This document shows positions 24,613 to 38,727 of a stretch of 64,000 bases of DNA, piece by piece. This DNA is from Glycera tridactyla (Eukaryota). The notes beneath the pieces are model-generated. The model searched no databases, was not told the DNA's origin, and saw nothing but the letters and a program-made list of their open reading frames with translations. The stretch is taken from contig OZ286459.1 of NCBI GenBank assembly GCA_965644265.1, positions 108,810,001-108,874,000 on the forward strand, written 5' to 3'. Position numbers and translations under genes: made by a program. How positions within the stretch are numbered: the stretch's first letter is position 1; the number at the start of each line of letters is the position of its first letter.

Positions 24613-24726
24613 CAGGGCTCTATGTTGCTACCTGTGAGTAGCCAAATTTACCCTCTGACTACCATATTTTAAAAGTAAGATAGGGGCCCACTGGTTCCTA
24701 AATATTTGGGCCAAAATACGGCCCTG
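24613..24726. mobile_element. Short CAGGG-ended element
   Basis: CAGGGC...GCCCTG termini. The start CAGGGCTCTA is shared with 12623. Confidence 0.45.
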
Positions 24727-27593
24727 TACACATGCATGCAGCACACGCACACACAATCATGCTGCATTTTCTCTGCTATCATCTTTCCCCAGATCGAGGC
24801 ATGGAGGAAAAAAAGCACAAGACACGGTACGACTCCATTTTCTCTTCCATAAAATCCCATTAGCAGCACTTTTGCCATCCTCTCATCTCTGAGACCTCTG
24901 TCAGAACACTTGCGGGGCACGAGCTGTACCATACACATGTTTTATTCTATGATCCATGTGCACAAACACTATAGATATCTGATAATATCATGGGTTCACA
25001 AGGGCCATTAAACCCTGGAAAACCAATTGACACCTGCTGCTATTGGCCAATGAGAACTTACAAACAAACAGCTGAAATTGCAGCGTCAAAACATATCAAT
25101 TCCTATGTATGCTGAATCTGTGACTCATGTCAAATCATGATACATATTGATTTGTGCCTACAATTGGAGTTTTTAATGATAAAACATGCAAATTATTATA
25201 TTTTCTCATTATACAGAAAATATGTGTGTCATGAAATATCTAAAATGACACACTGAGTGTCTGAAATTTACATCCTTTCACCTTCTGTGAGGGACCCAGA
25301 AGGAGAAATTTTGAATGATCCAACCCATGCCCATGCAATCATCATTATTATCGTCAGAGCATCAACCTCCCCAACCCTGAGTGGGATCAGCATGGAAGAT
25401 TTTCTTGACCAACTTCATTTCCGATTTTATGAATACACATGGGAAATTGAAGCTGGATGTATAAAATAAAACAGCCGATTCATCAGCACATGTTATTGAG
25501 ATAGAGCTGGTTTCATAAGAGTTTATGGGCAATCACTCTCTCACATGTGGTGGTCATGAATGACATGATAATGGCCTGGACTTGATAATGGCCTTAATAA
25601 TGGGGGGCTTGATAATGGCGGAGGCTGGGCAGCATCCTCACAGCTTCCCGCTCGTGTCACCTCTCCATGTCACCTCTCCGCACCACTTGGCCTTTAGCAG
25701 CCCGTTGTCGCCTGCGCAAACCACCCCCTCCCTGGAGATGACTCATGACTCTTTCTTGTCAGGTGTCATTTAGCACGAGGTCACACTTTCCATGGATGAA
25801 GGATGAAGGACTTGACAGCTGAATGTGTTTGATCAATACATGTATCTACCATGCACTCAATGTGACTTTTATTGTCTCTCAACTGACGTGGGTTTACAAC
25901 AATAATTCATTGAAGGCAGAGCCAGATTTCATTCATGCATTGGCCAGGAAAAATGGATGTTCTTTGTGCCCAATTTCTAATGTTATGACAACTATATTGA
26001 GCTCCATGCATTGGTAATGTAGACAAAATGCTCTGAGGTTCATATGAGAGTGTGCCGAATATACCAGGAACGGGAATGCTGTCAAATGATGAAGTTGTCG
26101 GTAATTGAGAAGAGAACCAAGGTTGAGTTCAATTTCTCACATGAAAAAAATTGCATAACTGGCTCTGTATGATTATCATGCACAACTTCAATATTATTTC
26201 TTATCACAACAGATTTTTGTAATTATCAGAAGTGCTGCACCATCATTATGTGTTATGTGCTGAGCATGTACTGAGGGGGCAGCAGTTCAGATAATTACAA
26301 GATTTTTTTCTAGCACTCTGTCGTGGTAGAAAAAATTGAAGCTGAGCATGATGATTACACATAGTCAGTAAGGTAATTACTTCGGAGATGGAGAGACAAT
26401 TCATCCTAAGAACCACCACCTTCAACCAGGGTAGAGTCAACAAATTTCACCATCGAGAAGATGTTTTTGTTGGTTCCAATTTCACTATATTTTTTAAAAT
26501 ACAAAAGCTGGGTCAATATGTTTCACCATATTCATTAATACACAATGGCATTTTTGTCGATTACCATTGCATGCAGGTAAAACCAGTCAATATATGTTCG
26601 ATTCATGACAGAATAATTGCCGTCACTGGCCTCCAAGTTCAAGCACATTTTTAATGGTACAGCCAAACCTGTCGTAAGCATGGGTCTATGGGTGAGAGTG
26701 GGTTCATGCTCAGTGGTGGGAATCGCTCAGGGCAAGTCAATGCCTAGTACAGTTCTAGCTTTGGACATGTTGGCATGGTGAGAATTGCCATCAAATCCAC
26801 CTTGACTGATAGTACCCATTTAGTGAGACTACTCGATCCAAGTAGCCGTCTCCGAAATGGGCCACTGTCTTGAATCCTGGGGAAAGTAAATATTTCAGTC
26901 GATGACTGTGAAGACGGAACACTGAAGTTTTGACTCCAGCGACAACAAACCTAATTCCCCCTGAGAGGGATCTGCATATATCTGTACATGTCAGATTCTG
27001 AAGAAATAACTTCAGCAAGATATGGGTTGGTGCAACTTGAGATCACACATGACACAGATGAGTTGGAATCCATATCTTGCTCAGGCATTTATTCACACAA
27101 ATATCTTGCCCTCAGGATGGCCTAATTTCTATTGCTTTCCATTTTGAATTAGATAAAATTTGGGAGTGAATTTATCTTTTGGAGGATGAGTTTTCAAATA
27201 TGCTCTCCTGTTGGGATGGTGAAGAAGTTTTTCATAGAGATTGAAGTAGCCATTGGCAATTACTAATGACTGGTTTTATAGAATCAGTTTTGGGTTGAAC
27301 CACAATGCCCAGAGAGATGACCTCTGTCCATATACATTAAGTGTATGATACATTATATGGTTCTCTTTCAGGGCACAATGCTATGGTCACTGCCCGAGGC
27401 AATACTCATTCCTGAAGCCGCTTTGTCATGCCATGAGTGAGAATCCACAGGAAGATCAACTTGTCAGTCTCAATCCCATACACGACATTCACCAAGTGGC
27501 CCAAATATTTTATGAAATTCTATTCTCCCAACACATTAGTCTTCAACCTTTTTATTTTTCCATAGAGGCATTTGACGTATCAAATTTGATAGC

Positions 27594-27790
27594 TTATTAT
27601 ATGTTCGTTTGACGTCAACGACGGCAGAATGACTATGGATGACGCCAATCAGCGCATTTGATACCCTCTCATACTGCCTCTATGCAGAATCCATGAAATA
27701 TTATCAGTGTAATTATGGAGGCACGATCTGATGGCGAGCTCCAGATCTAGCCTTCTCTCTGTTAACGTTAACAGTACGAGAGATGACTCA
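27594..27790. promoter_or_regulatory. Promoter/enhancer-like motif cluster
   Basis: TGACGTCA at 27610-27617, CCAAT at 27645-27649, TATA-like TATAATAA (minus, 27601-27594), 16-bp palindrome at 27759-27774, TGACTCA at 27784-27790. Confidence 0.3.
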
Positions 27791-28351
27791 TAATCCGACC
27801 ATCATTCCAAGTACAAAACAATACAGGAACCCCATCTCTGCTCCTGGGGGATCATGACAGAGGAAATAGATGGAGCAGCTGATTTCATGAGATTAGATGC
27901 ATCTCGTCTCCCTCGATCCAAGACTAGTCCTCGAAGCCTAGACTTTTTCATTTTTTAATCAAATGATTTGCCAAGTAAGGAAGAACAGGTAATGTAACAC
28001 AAATATGTGTAATGAATGATCAGGCTGCGAGGTTTGTTAAGAAGCATCCATTTGTATACAAGTTTTCTACTTGATCAAATCGGTAGATCCTCTGCTAGCT
28101 ACATAGCTAATTTGACATATAGCTAACATGGCTGATGTCTATTCGGCTAAGGACTATTTGGAGGAGAATGCAGTGATAGCAGACTGCAGTTGATGAGGCA
28201 GCGCTGGTCACTTGAGGTTCATATGACCACCACAATCATACTGGGTTACAAGGAACAGGATAACCTTCACGCATGTGACTGATGAAAGCAGAATATCGGG
28301 CTTTAATCTGACAGTAACAGACATATATGTGCCCCCAACACACACACACTC

Positions 28352-28510
28352 NNNNNNNNNNNNNNNNNNNNNNNNNNNNNNNNNNNNNNNNNNNNNNNNN
28401 NNNNNNNNNNNNNNNNNNNNNNNNNNNNNNNNNNNNNNNNNNNNNNNNNNNNNNNNNNNNNNNNNNNNNNNNNNNNNNNNNNNNNNNNNNNNNNNNNNNN
28501 NNNNNNNNNN
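28352..28510. other. Assembly gap (N run)
   Basis: 159 N following a CA repeat. Confidence 1.
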
Positions 28511-29085
28511 ATCCACTCAGGCATAGACCATGAGATGTACTGATTGATATTTATCATTTTCACCTGCCCTCCTGCATATTATCATGAGATCAAATGATCT
28601 TTAGGTGCCAGCCAATTGGGCAGGCAGACCGATGAGATCACCTGCCCATAGTCTAGAAAACTGGCAGAGACACACAGTGACAGACACACACAAATACACA
28701 AGTGGACAGACCCACAAACCCAGCACATGTCTGCATCAATCATAGTCTGAACTCCAATATATAACAATCAGTGACGAGCCAAGGCAGTTGTCTGACCTTC
28801 TGGTCCTCCAGCTTGTGCCAGTGGCACAAAAATACCTACTCAAAATGCCATCCCTTACAAATAGCAAGTGTTATTGAACACTTTCACCCAATCCATATCA
28901 TACCAGTGATATCCGAGCCTAAACCACTGATACTAATTCTGGTTGAATATTGCTGGATGGATACCATTTTCCTTCATAAGAGCATCTTTTATTGATATCT
29001 TATGAGCTGATATGCAGTAAGTGTTACAAAATCTGAGGGATCAAAGCTATATTTGCCATGAAATATGGTTATGGAGTATGGTTGA

Positions 29086-29178
29086 TTCAACAGTAAATGA
29101 CCTTTCTATAAAGACCACCTGTCTGTGAGGGCCATTTTTTATGCGACCGAAGGCGGTTTTTATAGATAGGTTCAACTG
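29086..29178 (+). mobile_element. Half copy of the same MITE family (copy D)
   Basis: TTCAACAGTAAATGACCTTTCTATAAAGACCACCT...AGGTTCAACTG|TA aligns to the right half of copy C. Confidence 0.85.
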
Positions 29179-29288
29179 TATACCAACTTTGGTTATTGGG
29201 CAATGAGGGAACTTGTTCATGAAGAACAGTCAGGACCACCGAATAGAACAGAGTTCAGGATAAAATCATATCTATTGAATGTATTTAC

Positions 29289-29417
29289 CTGTTTAAGGAC
29301 ATCAATTGTGACTGGGTAGAGCATGTGTTCTATGATGACGCGAAGCACCACTTTCGGTTCCTCCATGCTTCCCATCAGCTGCTGTGCGGCTTGTAATGCG
29401 GCCTGTGCACCCGCATT
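29289..29417 (-). CDS. PTBP1: PTB coding exon, RRM1-2 linker and start of RRM2 (129 nt, phase 0-0): NAGAQAALQAAQQLMGSMEEPKVVLRVIIEHMLYPVTIDVLKQ
   Basis: Acceptor tctgttacag|AAT, donor CAG|gtaaat. AQAALQA and VLR.I.E...YPVT.DVL.Q match PTB. Confidence 0.95.
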
Positions 29418-30354
29418 CTGTAACAGATAAACACAATTCCATAAATATTACACGGCAAAATCCAACCTCATCAGCAAACCTTGAACCCAAAAATTGAAAC
29501 GAAAACGAATCACAATATTAATGGAATGAAACTGAGTAATAACAGGGCAGTTAAGAAGTGTTAGAAGTTAGGTATAAAGAATGAAGTGCAGTACTTAACG
29601 GGAGGTGTTTGGGGGTCAGCTGCAAAGATACTAACCGTAGAAGAACAAGAAAGCTGGGCAGTCTGAAGAGCAGCATGTGTACCAGCATTCTGAAAACAGG
29701 ATATTGCAAACAGCGTGTCAGACATAAAGCAAGCCAAAAAGGAGAAAAACAGCAGCAGGGAGAAAAATGCACAATACAGCTGACATGATCAAACACTGGC
29801 CACATTGATCAAAATTTTCACATTGGAAATGCACATCTGGAGCTGGTCATGAAGCATAAAAGTGTGCATTTCCAACAGAAACTCCCAATCAATGGGTCTC
29901 TTAACTTGCCAACATTGAGCCAGTCATTTTATAGCACAGACAAGCCCATCTTATTTGACATGCAGCAACTGTATCTAATAATTCACAACCAGGTTGAGCA
30001 GCATAGTTGGGGAGGATTGGTTGAATCTCCCAATACTATAGCAGTGCCAATGTGAGTTTGGGGCAGAGTGACATATTAGGTGAGCTTGCTTTTGTGAAAA
30101 AACAATTTCATGAATATAGAGCCACCGCAACCATAAACAGTGAGTTGCTTGTATTCAAATCAATTCTGAATCGTGGTTGGTCATTGTTACATCAGTTTAG
30201 ACTGGCTTTGTTCCTGAAGACGTATAAAATGCAGACACCAGCCTGAGTGAAAATATCCTACTATTTCGAACCAGTCATGGATGAAGCCATAGGTTTATCA
30301 CCCAAGTTGACAGCGACTTCGTTCTACATACAGTTAGCATAGCATTCAATGAAT

Positions 30355-30470
30355 CTCCTCCAAAGACCACCTCTGTAGAGGCCAGTTCCAGTCGACTGCA
30401 ATATTTTTGTTTACTATAATGGACCTTTCTATAGAGGTCACCTTCTAGAGAGACCACTTCCACAAGACCA
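30355..30470. repeat. Decayed fragment of the AGACCACCTCT MITE group
   Basis: AAAGACCACCTCTGTAGAG...GACCTTTCTATAGAGG...AGAGACCAC. No termini found. Confidence 0.45.
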
Positions 30471-33400
30471 GATTGCCTTTGTACACTGATCCACAGCACA
30501 TAACTAGGAATATGACGAGAAATAATTTAATAGTACCTTTTGTACACATTGACAAGGCTGCGAGAGCGTTCTCGGTTGACGGGCCAAAATTTTGGAACCA
30601 TCTGACACCGCAGCTGAGATAGATTCAATCTGTACCACAATTCAAAACAGCCTACTTGTTATCATATGGTTTTGTATGAATATCAATCTATGCAACCTGA
30701 GTATACTTCTGGTTTGCAGCCTCCCCGACGATGTAGTCACCATGAATGAAATAAGCATTGTTAGTATATAGAAATAACGCTGGTTATTCCTGTTTTATTT
30801 ATGCACCTTGTTGGGTTAAGTTACCAACATGACTGAATATGAATATGGTGTACAATTGTAGACGACGGTATCCACTGTACTAACTAACACCTCTATTGAG
30901 CAGACAGGTGTGGATTTTTGCCACGCGGCTGCAGCAAATCTCTCTCTCTCAAGAGCAGCTCCTGTATGATGCGTGAATAAAGAAGTGTTTATTATTATTA
31001 TTATTATCCGACACAACCCTCTTTTTGGCCAAATGATTAAGATATAATCATTTACAAATATAATTCTGTGATCATTCATCAGCTCACATGAACTTTATCG
31101 TTACATTATACCATCTCTATCCACCTGCTCACAGAATCATGGCATAAGCCCCGCAGACATTGGTGTGTATTGTCAAAAATAAGATTGATATCACCTTGAA
31201 ACTCGATTTGAGTGGATGAATCCAATTCATATATTGACCAGCACTAGTATGGATTATTGCGTATGTACAAAGTGTGGCAACCACAGAATCCAGTATCGAA
31301 CATATCTTATAGGATGACTGAAGCACTCTTTAAATGGCAGTGATGTCATAACATGCCTGTTGTGTTCAATGTGCATGAGCATGCCACCGTTAGTAGAGGC
31401 TAGGAAATGGCAGCTGGGTGATACAAAACAGAAAAAAGGCCTCCACTCAAGCTGTAGGAGTTTCTAGCAACTAGACATACAAATTGAAGGCAGGAGGAAT
31501 TGGTATATTTCCGATTCAGTTTCAGGAGGAAATGAAAGAAAAAATTTCAACTCAAACATAGAACTAGGCATGAGAGACAGAACTAGTGAAGGATCAATCA
31601 GACATTTGCAATGAGTCACGAGTTCTGGTAGCATGCGAGAAAATTGTGCACCAGGGAGCAAAGGCCCATGCCCCACCCATTGACAATCATTACAGCTCAC
31701 CTGTATACAGTAGAACACAGACATTAATTGCCAATCTAGTACACTACACTAACAATGGTGCAGAACCCCCCCCCCCCCCACACACACATACGCCCTCAAT
31801 GAGATGTAGTGAGTGGCATGATCAAACCCCTCCCCCACCTACACATACACACTTTATCTTGTGATTTTCCTCTTCTTTGTCTACTTTCTCATAAAAACTT
31901 CTAGTTGATGCGATAGGAACAAAGGTATTCAAAGTTGAAATTCATTTAAAAAAATTCAAGTTAAAATTCATGATAATTTAGAATACAGTGGGTATATATG
32001 AGTTAAGTGCAATTGGATCCATTGTTTTATCATGAAATCATAGAAAATATTAGCAATTCAATTTGCCACTCAATATGGAGACAGAGATTATTCTTTTCTC
32101 ATGGGACAGAGCTACAATTTGAGGCCATGTCCAGATCTTCGTTGATAAACTTTTGGCTCACCCTATTGGCAATTCAGGTAACATACAATGCAGTAATTGG
32201 ACCTTCACAATCGCACAACGACAAATAAGGCCAACAGTCTCAGACTGGCTTATATCACTTATTTCGGTGGCAGGGAAAGATCTACCAGCGAGTAATCCCG
32301 CTGAATGACAGGCGTCTACCTGCACATGACAGCCATGTACAGGCATGCTAAGCCCCGCCCCCAACCATATCACCAGCATAATTTGACATTCACTTTTTGA
32401 TCTATGAACCACCCTAATTTCAAAACCATTCATTTACTAAATTCTTCCCTCAAAATTTGGAACCAATCAATCAAATGGTTCCCTGTTGAACTTTAGTGAT
32501 TTGATCCATACCATATTGATCTATGACATAACAACATTGAGGAAGATCGAGCACGATTTTATTAACGAGATTTGGTTTATGAGGGTTAAATGAGGTAGGT
32601 AGATGCAGCAGTAGCAGCAGCTGTGAGGGAGCATAATAATAATGCATACCAATTCAACTTTAATTTTCATAATCCTTTAATAATGAATGCGAATATGTGA
32701 GCATGCATGCTTGTCGGTTCTCGACTAATCAAGCAAAGCTAGCTGATAAAACACCTGCATATAGTATTGTTGAATCAGGTTCGAATGTGGAATTATTTCT
32801 TTGCACTGCCTCCAACCCTTCAACACCCACATCATATTGATTCCAACTTTGATAACAAACTAGACAGAACAAGAATCTCAGGAGTAAGAGCAATTTTTTC
32901 ACAGGTAGTTATAAACAATATGCATTTGTTCAACTGCGATCACTAAATGTTTTCATCTTTCAATATAATGAATGCCCTTTTCAACTGGTATTATGTAGAA
33001 GCTAAATTCCGTTTGGTGGTGCCTCCATATAAATCCATTACCACACGATTTATAAGCGATTTATAAGTGGTATCTCAATACCTTTAGAGATTAACTGATG
33101 GGATCTAGCCACCGGACTGAACATGACAACAGTCACCTGGGTCCAGTGGGATGTAGCCCTTGGAATGTGGATCAAACACCGAGTGAAAGAGTTAAAAACG
33201 GCAGTTATCAAGAGCTCCGATGTCCAGGTAAAACTGATGAATCCAGCCTGCACATTCACAATAACCTACCAATCCTATTTCAAATTGATTTCTCTCTGTC
33301 ACGAGCGGTGCGAGATTGCATAAAACATGAAACTGTCAATGCAAGATGGATACAAAATGAATTCTTTTCAGATGGAGAAGATGACAATCAGTGCATCCGT

Positions 33401-33723
33401 GGGAATGCATCTCATACAGCAGCCTTCCTATAAATGATGGAGTTGATTCAGAACATTCAACCATAAAACAGCCACCTATATTCTAATCACCAATGAAGCC
33501 AGAAGAAATATTGTACCTAGCATAGACATCAATTTTTCTTGCTCTCTAGATACACTCGTATTTCATGATTAGAAACAAATCTGAATTTAACACTATATCG
33601 CGAGAAAAGCTGGCATCAAATTTGAGAACGATGTTTAACTAGGATGTCGGGGAAAATATGACGTGAAATTTGAGATCGATGTTGAGCTAAGATCTTGAAG
33701 CGTTAATCTCTGATGCCAATATG

Positions 33724-33767
33724 CCACTAGGAGGCGTGCCACACTTACATTTCCATTAGATGGCAGT
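33724..33767 (+). promoter_or_regulatory. Pair of CTCF-like motifs
   Basis: CCACTAGGAGGCGT (33724-33737) and CCATTAGATGGCAGT (33753-33767). Confidence 0.45.
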
Positions 33768-34629
33768 CTCCGATTACAAATTCATGTTTTCTCAACTGAT
33801 ATGATTCATGACTAGAAGCACACTGTCAGCAGTTGTGAGCCAGCCTAGCCGACCTGGCGCATGTCTATACATCTCATTCAATTAAGGCAATCTCCAAATG
33901 CATTATTCTCCCCATGATTAGCACATCGCATATCAACCATTTCTATACTCCATCATCTTTCTTATTATTCTCCCTATTCACATAATGAGACATATTTTAT
34001 GGAGTCTGCTGCATTCACTGAGATTCACATCTGATGCTATGTACTGTCATATCTCACACAGCCCCTTGCATCTATCAGGATTCCTATCCTCAACTGTCAT
34101 ATGCCTTTTGCACCCGTTCTCTGATATATTATGTATATTTCCATCTATTTTTCCATCCAATTGATGATCGTGAGATCGAACAAACCTCCTTAGTTCCGTC
34201 CACTACTTTCACAAGCGAGATGAGACAAAACTTCTCAAACTGCGGTCAAATTTGTTACTAATTTTCACACAAAATCTAAGAAATAATCCTGTCAACTTTT
34301 GGATTCTGTTCTGGCAAAACAGAAACAGAATAGCAATGAGGTTAGCATATGTAGGAGGTGATGCATTGGATATACTTTGCTGATGATCAAAACATTATGA
34401 CAGAATATGTTTAAGCTGCCAGAGCTATTACCCTACATAACAAAAAAGAAGATGAAAAAGGAGAAAGAATCTCAGCTTAAGAGAGCTCCTTTTTGGCAAC
34501 TAGGTTGTACCGACTGGCACTTTCCATCTCAATTTGATACACACACACACACACACACAGAGGACAGACATATGTATGATTTATTCTGATCATACACACC
34601 GAGCTTTACTCTAATATTCCTCCCAGAGA

Positions 34630-34782
34630 CAGGGTGAGAAGAGATAGCCGCCCACCTGCCCGGGACAGGTAGATTTTTCTGGTGGGAAGGTAGAAATTCA
34701 TTATAAATGACATGCTTATATAAGCAGGGCAGGTCAATTTTCCAGTTGGGCATGTTGATTTTCCTGATGACTTCTCACCCTG
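34630..34782. mobile_element. 153-bp MITE with CAGGG termini
   Basis: CAGGGTGAGAAG...CTTCTCACCCTG: 12-bp perfect TIR, with AGAGA on both flanks. Confidence 0.75.
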
Positions 34783-37700
34783 AGAGAGATTTGAATCTGT
34801 TCCTCAGATTACCATTCGGTTCTAACTTATGGATCTAGTGTTGGTGCCAACTGCAGAAATAGCATTTTACAACCATGACATGCTGAGAAGTTTGTGGCCA
34901 TATGATCAAAGCAATGAGCACTGCACTCAGGTGGGACAGGAAAGGGAGTGAAAATTTATCCTTTTTGGAAACAGTGTTACATATTGGGCAGCATATACAC
35001 TGACAAATAATCATTTTCAAAGAAAACTACAGGAAATGCAATGATAGGATTTGTATGATTAAACAGGCAGAATCTAGTGCTTCAGAAGTCGCATCACAAT
35101 ACACATGATGTGTAAAGTATGGAACCGGAGTTGTTATCATGCAGGTATCATTAAATTCTTGTGAAACTTTTTTGATTCTCTTTTTGATGATGAAGGAAAG
35201 CAATTTAAATGTGAGCGGGTCGAGCCTGTGGACAGAGTAAAGGTTGTGGCTGGATGCATCAAGGAGATGACAGTACAGTGCATGTACACAGTTTCTGCAC
35301 ACGCAACCAACCAAATGCTCACAATCTGCCACCCACTCAATACACAGAACACCTTCATTTAGATTTCACTACTTCTAATGCATGCCCTTGATGCTGGCAC
35401 ATTTTTTTCTTTGGATTCAAGTAAACTAAAAAGCTGATGGATCCAGCTGAGCCCTGTCAGAATGGGCAAAAATACGCAGAAAAACATCACTAGCAAAAAG
35501 CAGCCTTGGAATTGTAAACCAGAAGACTTATGACACCTCTGTATATATTTCCACTGACCAGAGCAGAGTTATGACCAGGTTAGAAGGTGAAAACTTGGAA
35601 TTGAGGAGTAATATCACAAGTTTTAATACTCTTCCCAATCTGTTTCTTAACATCACTTGCTATACCTGCAGTGGCTGATACAGGGCACAGCTTGCAACAG
35701 CTGGCCTAATGAGAAGCTGCAGTGTAGCACAATTTCTAAAGTTCAGGTAAGGACAAGGACTCATTCACAACAGGGGAGGTGTAATTGAATTAGAGGAGAC
35801 ACACTTGCAAAACCATGTAAACTGACAGCATGTGTATCATTTTCAAGCACATTCATGTCTCAAATGAAACAGGCCCGTGTATAGCAGTCCATGTGTGGGA
35901 TGAGAAACTAATGAGAATTTGATGAGTTAATTCACATGAGATGGTTCCCCTTGACACCTCACTACAGAGACTAACTGAAAAATCTCAAAATCCTGACATT
36001 GCAGGTTCCTTGAGTAGCCTGTCAAGCCAATCTATTGATTGAATAATGCCTGCTAATCCATTATATAAGACAGCCATGCTGAACAACTGAAGATAAGGGG
36101 CTGGACAACTGATGGGAATATTGACCACCCCGTTCCAAATACTGAACCCTCAAGGCGGAGCAGAGAATGGGAAGGCGTTACAAGAGTATGTTGTAGGGTA
36201 GTTCTAATACCAAGTCAGAAAAGATGCAGAAAATCAAATATCCGAAGACAAGACACGACAGAAAATTCCAAAATGAGCACCTTCATGTCGAAAATTGCGA
36301 TTCATGAACCCACCTCCCATACAACTTGGGGTTCTACAAGTATCATAATCACCACCTTCTTGTGTGGGGTTTCCTCAGGAGTTGTGACTCCATAAAGTTT
36401 GTTACTCCCTGCCATTCTCAAATTCCTATCTTTATGTATTTTGCCACCAGGAAATGTCTACTCATTCCTCATTCACTCTCTACCTCAACTTGAATTTGTT
36501 TTGCAGTATTTGAGCAAACACAAACAATTTGAATGCTGAGCCTACACAGAATAACTCACCCAGAGTGGGTGATAACAACAGGTACAAGAGCAGGGTGGTA
36601 GCGAATGGTATACTCTCCACCACGTCAGATAAAATTAGTCAGTCAAGCCTTGGCTTGAAACTCAACTATACAAATTTTGATGTTTTAGTTGTACTTATCT
36701 TGTAAAATCTTGATTCATATTCATAGATATAGAATGGCAGGAATACTGATTTTCATCTTCTCTCATTAATGTAGTATAGGGAATCCTGTATTCAGAACTT
36801 TTTCTGAGAACAATATGTCTTGATCTGACTAGATAGCAATTCCTTCAAAATGATTCACTGATATGTATCCAAGAGACAAGACCTGATGCCCAAGAGATAA
36901 ATAAACAGATAGAAGTTTGGCCATGATGATGATGATGGGACAATGCTGACCTCAAGCAAATGGGTCACCATCCACAATTGCCTAAGAAATCAGATGTGAA
37001 AGTGTGAAGGTGGATCAAAGATGGCCTTGGAAGAAGTTGCCGGTGGTGGAGTTGCTTATCGAAGACTGGCCTTTAGAGTAATCTTACAATACCCAGCTGG
37101 CATCCTAGAGCCCTCAGATAACAAGAGATAAATGTTCATCCCCGACACGACCAACACACACTCTCAGCAACACTTCAACCCCCTTCAATTCCACACCACA
37201 CACCTAATGGTTAACAATGAACACTCAGCTCACAAGAGGTGGCTGTGAATCAAACTTGACATTGAAACCAGCTAATAGTAACAAATGGAAGAGGTACATT
37301 CCCAAATCTGAGGAGCTATGTTGTGCCTCATAATAGCACCTCTGTTAACTGGCACCACATTAGATATACAATTTTTTTCCTCACCAAGATAAAACAGTTT
37401 ATATCCTGTACTAATGTGAAAACAGGAAAGCCGGTATATATCATATGAGTGGGGGCTCTATCCGACCCTATCAAACATAAATTTGGTTTTTCATATCTGT
37501 CAACATATCCCTGCCTTACATTGCTGTCCTCATTCCACGCTTATCATGTTCACATCATGTTGGGGTGAGGAGGACAAATCTTTATGGGCACTGTACAATG
37601 ATAGTGCAACAAACTTATTCAAAACTGAGGACAATTGCTTGTGAATGTTACATGTTTTTCTTTGATCTCCACCACTGAAGTGGCATCTCTTGTACTTATC

Positions 37701-38586
37701 GGGATGTGGAGGTTAATAAATCGACCTCTGCCTGGGGTCTATTGATGAACTTCTCCCTAATTTGGGTTCAAAATGTTGAGATTCACTGTCCCATGTATTT
37801 ATGTCTTTGCTTTACATGCATTTGACATCAAACATGCTTGACTGCCCCAAACTGAAAAACAAGATGACAGTGAAGGGTCGTCAATGTGGCCCTAGAGGTC
37901 TCGCAAGCACTACTGCAAAGAACTTCTTCATGAAAAATGAGTGAGCTTCCCTTTTGAGAGAAGTGACAGCAGATATCTTACCATGAAGGTTTTTTAAAAC
38001 TTGATGTGACCAGCCTTTCAAGTGTCCAGTGGGTCTGTTTACCATTACTGTGGCAGGTAATTTACAGGGGAGCAAAATCGCTGTAATTTACCACAGCTTT
38101 ACCCCACCGTTTCATACCAGACCCTACAAAGTGGAAACTGCAAAGACCTTCTGGTGGGAAAGCATGTCCTGTGAAACAATTTAATCTCAAATTTTCATCA
38201 CAAGGCCATATCAGAGGAAATGTCAAATGCGCTCTATGAACAGATTAGCTTATTGACATATTCTGTTGACAGAAAGCCATCGATCACGTGTCATTTATAT
38301 CTAACATCCAGAGATGCAAACCTCATAGATAGAGATAATCATGCCAATTTCTGAAGAATTATGACAACTGTATTTGTTAGAAAATGAGATTTTCATTGTA
38401 TTGTTTTGTGCATCCCATGAATTTGGTCCAGGGCAGTATTCATTACTCTGAAAATTATAATGCTTAGCGGTTCTGCTCTAATACACCAAGACACATACAC
38501 ACCTAAACCTACATATATTCTCATGCTGGTGCTCAAAGTATTGTAGAAGCATTAAAATATAGAAATAGAGATTAAAGATCACTTAC

Positions 38587-38727
38587 CTGGCTAGAAGACT
38601 CTGTCTTGAGCTGTTCGTGATTTGAGAACTGGACGTAGATGGTTCGGCCTCGGATCTGAGGTTTGTTTTCTGTGTAGTAGTTCATCATGGTGGTTGCGAT
38701 ATTGATATCAGCCATTTCTAGTAATGC
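38587..38727 (-). CDS. PTBP1: PTB coding exon, second half of RRM1 (141 nt, phase 0-0): ALLEMADINIATTMMNYYTENKPQIRGRTIYVQFSNHEQLKTESSSQ
   Basis: Acceptor tgtttgatag|GCA, donor CAG|gtaagt. It carries the PTB signature RG..IY.QFSNH..LKT. Confidence 0.96.

Noticed and set aside
28208-28563. ORFs spanning X runs
   Set aside because: Artefacts of the assembly gap.
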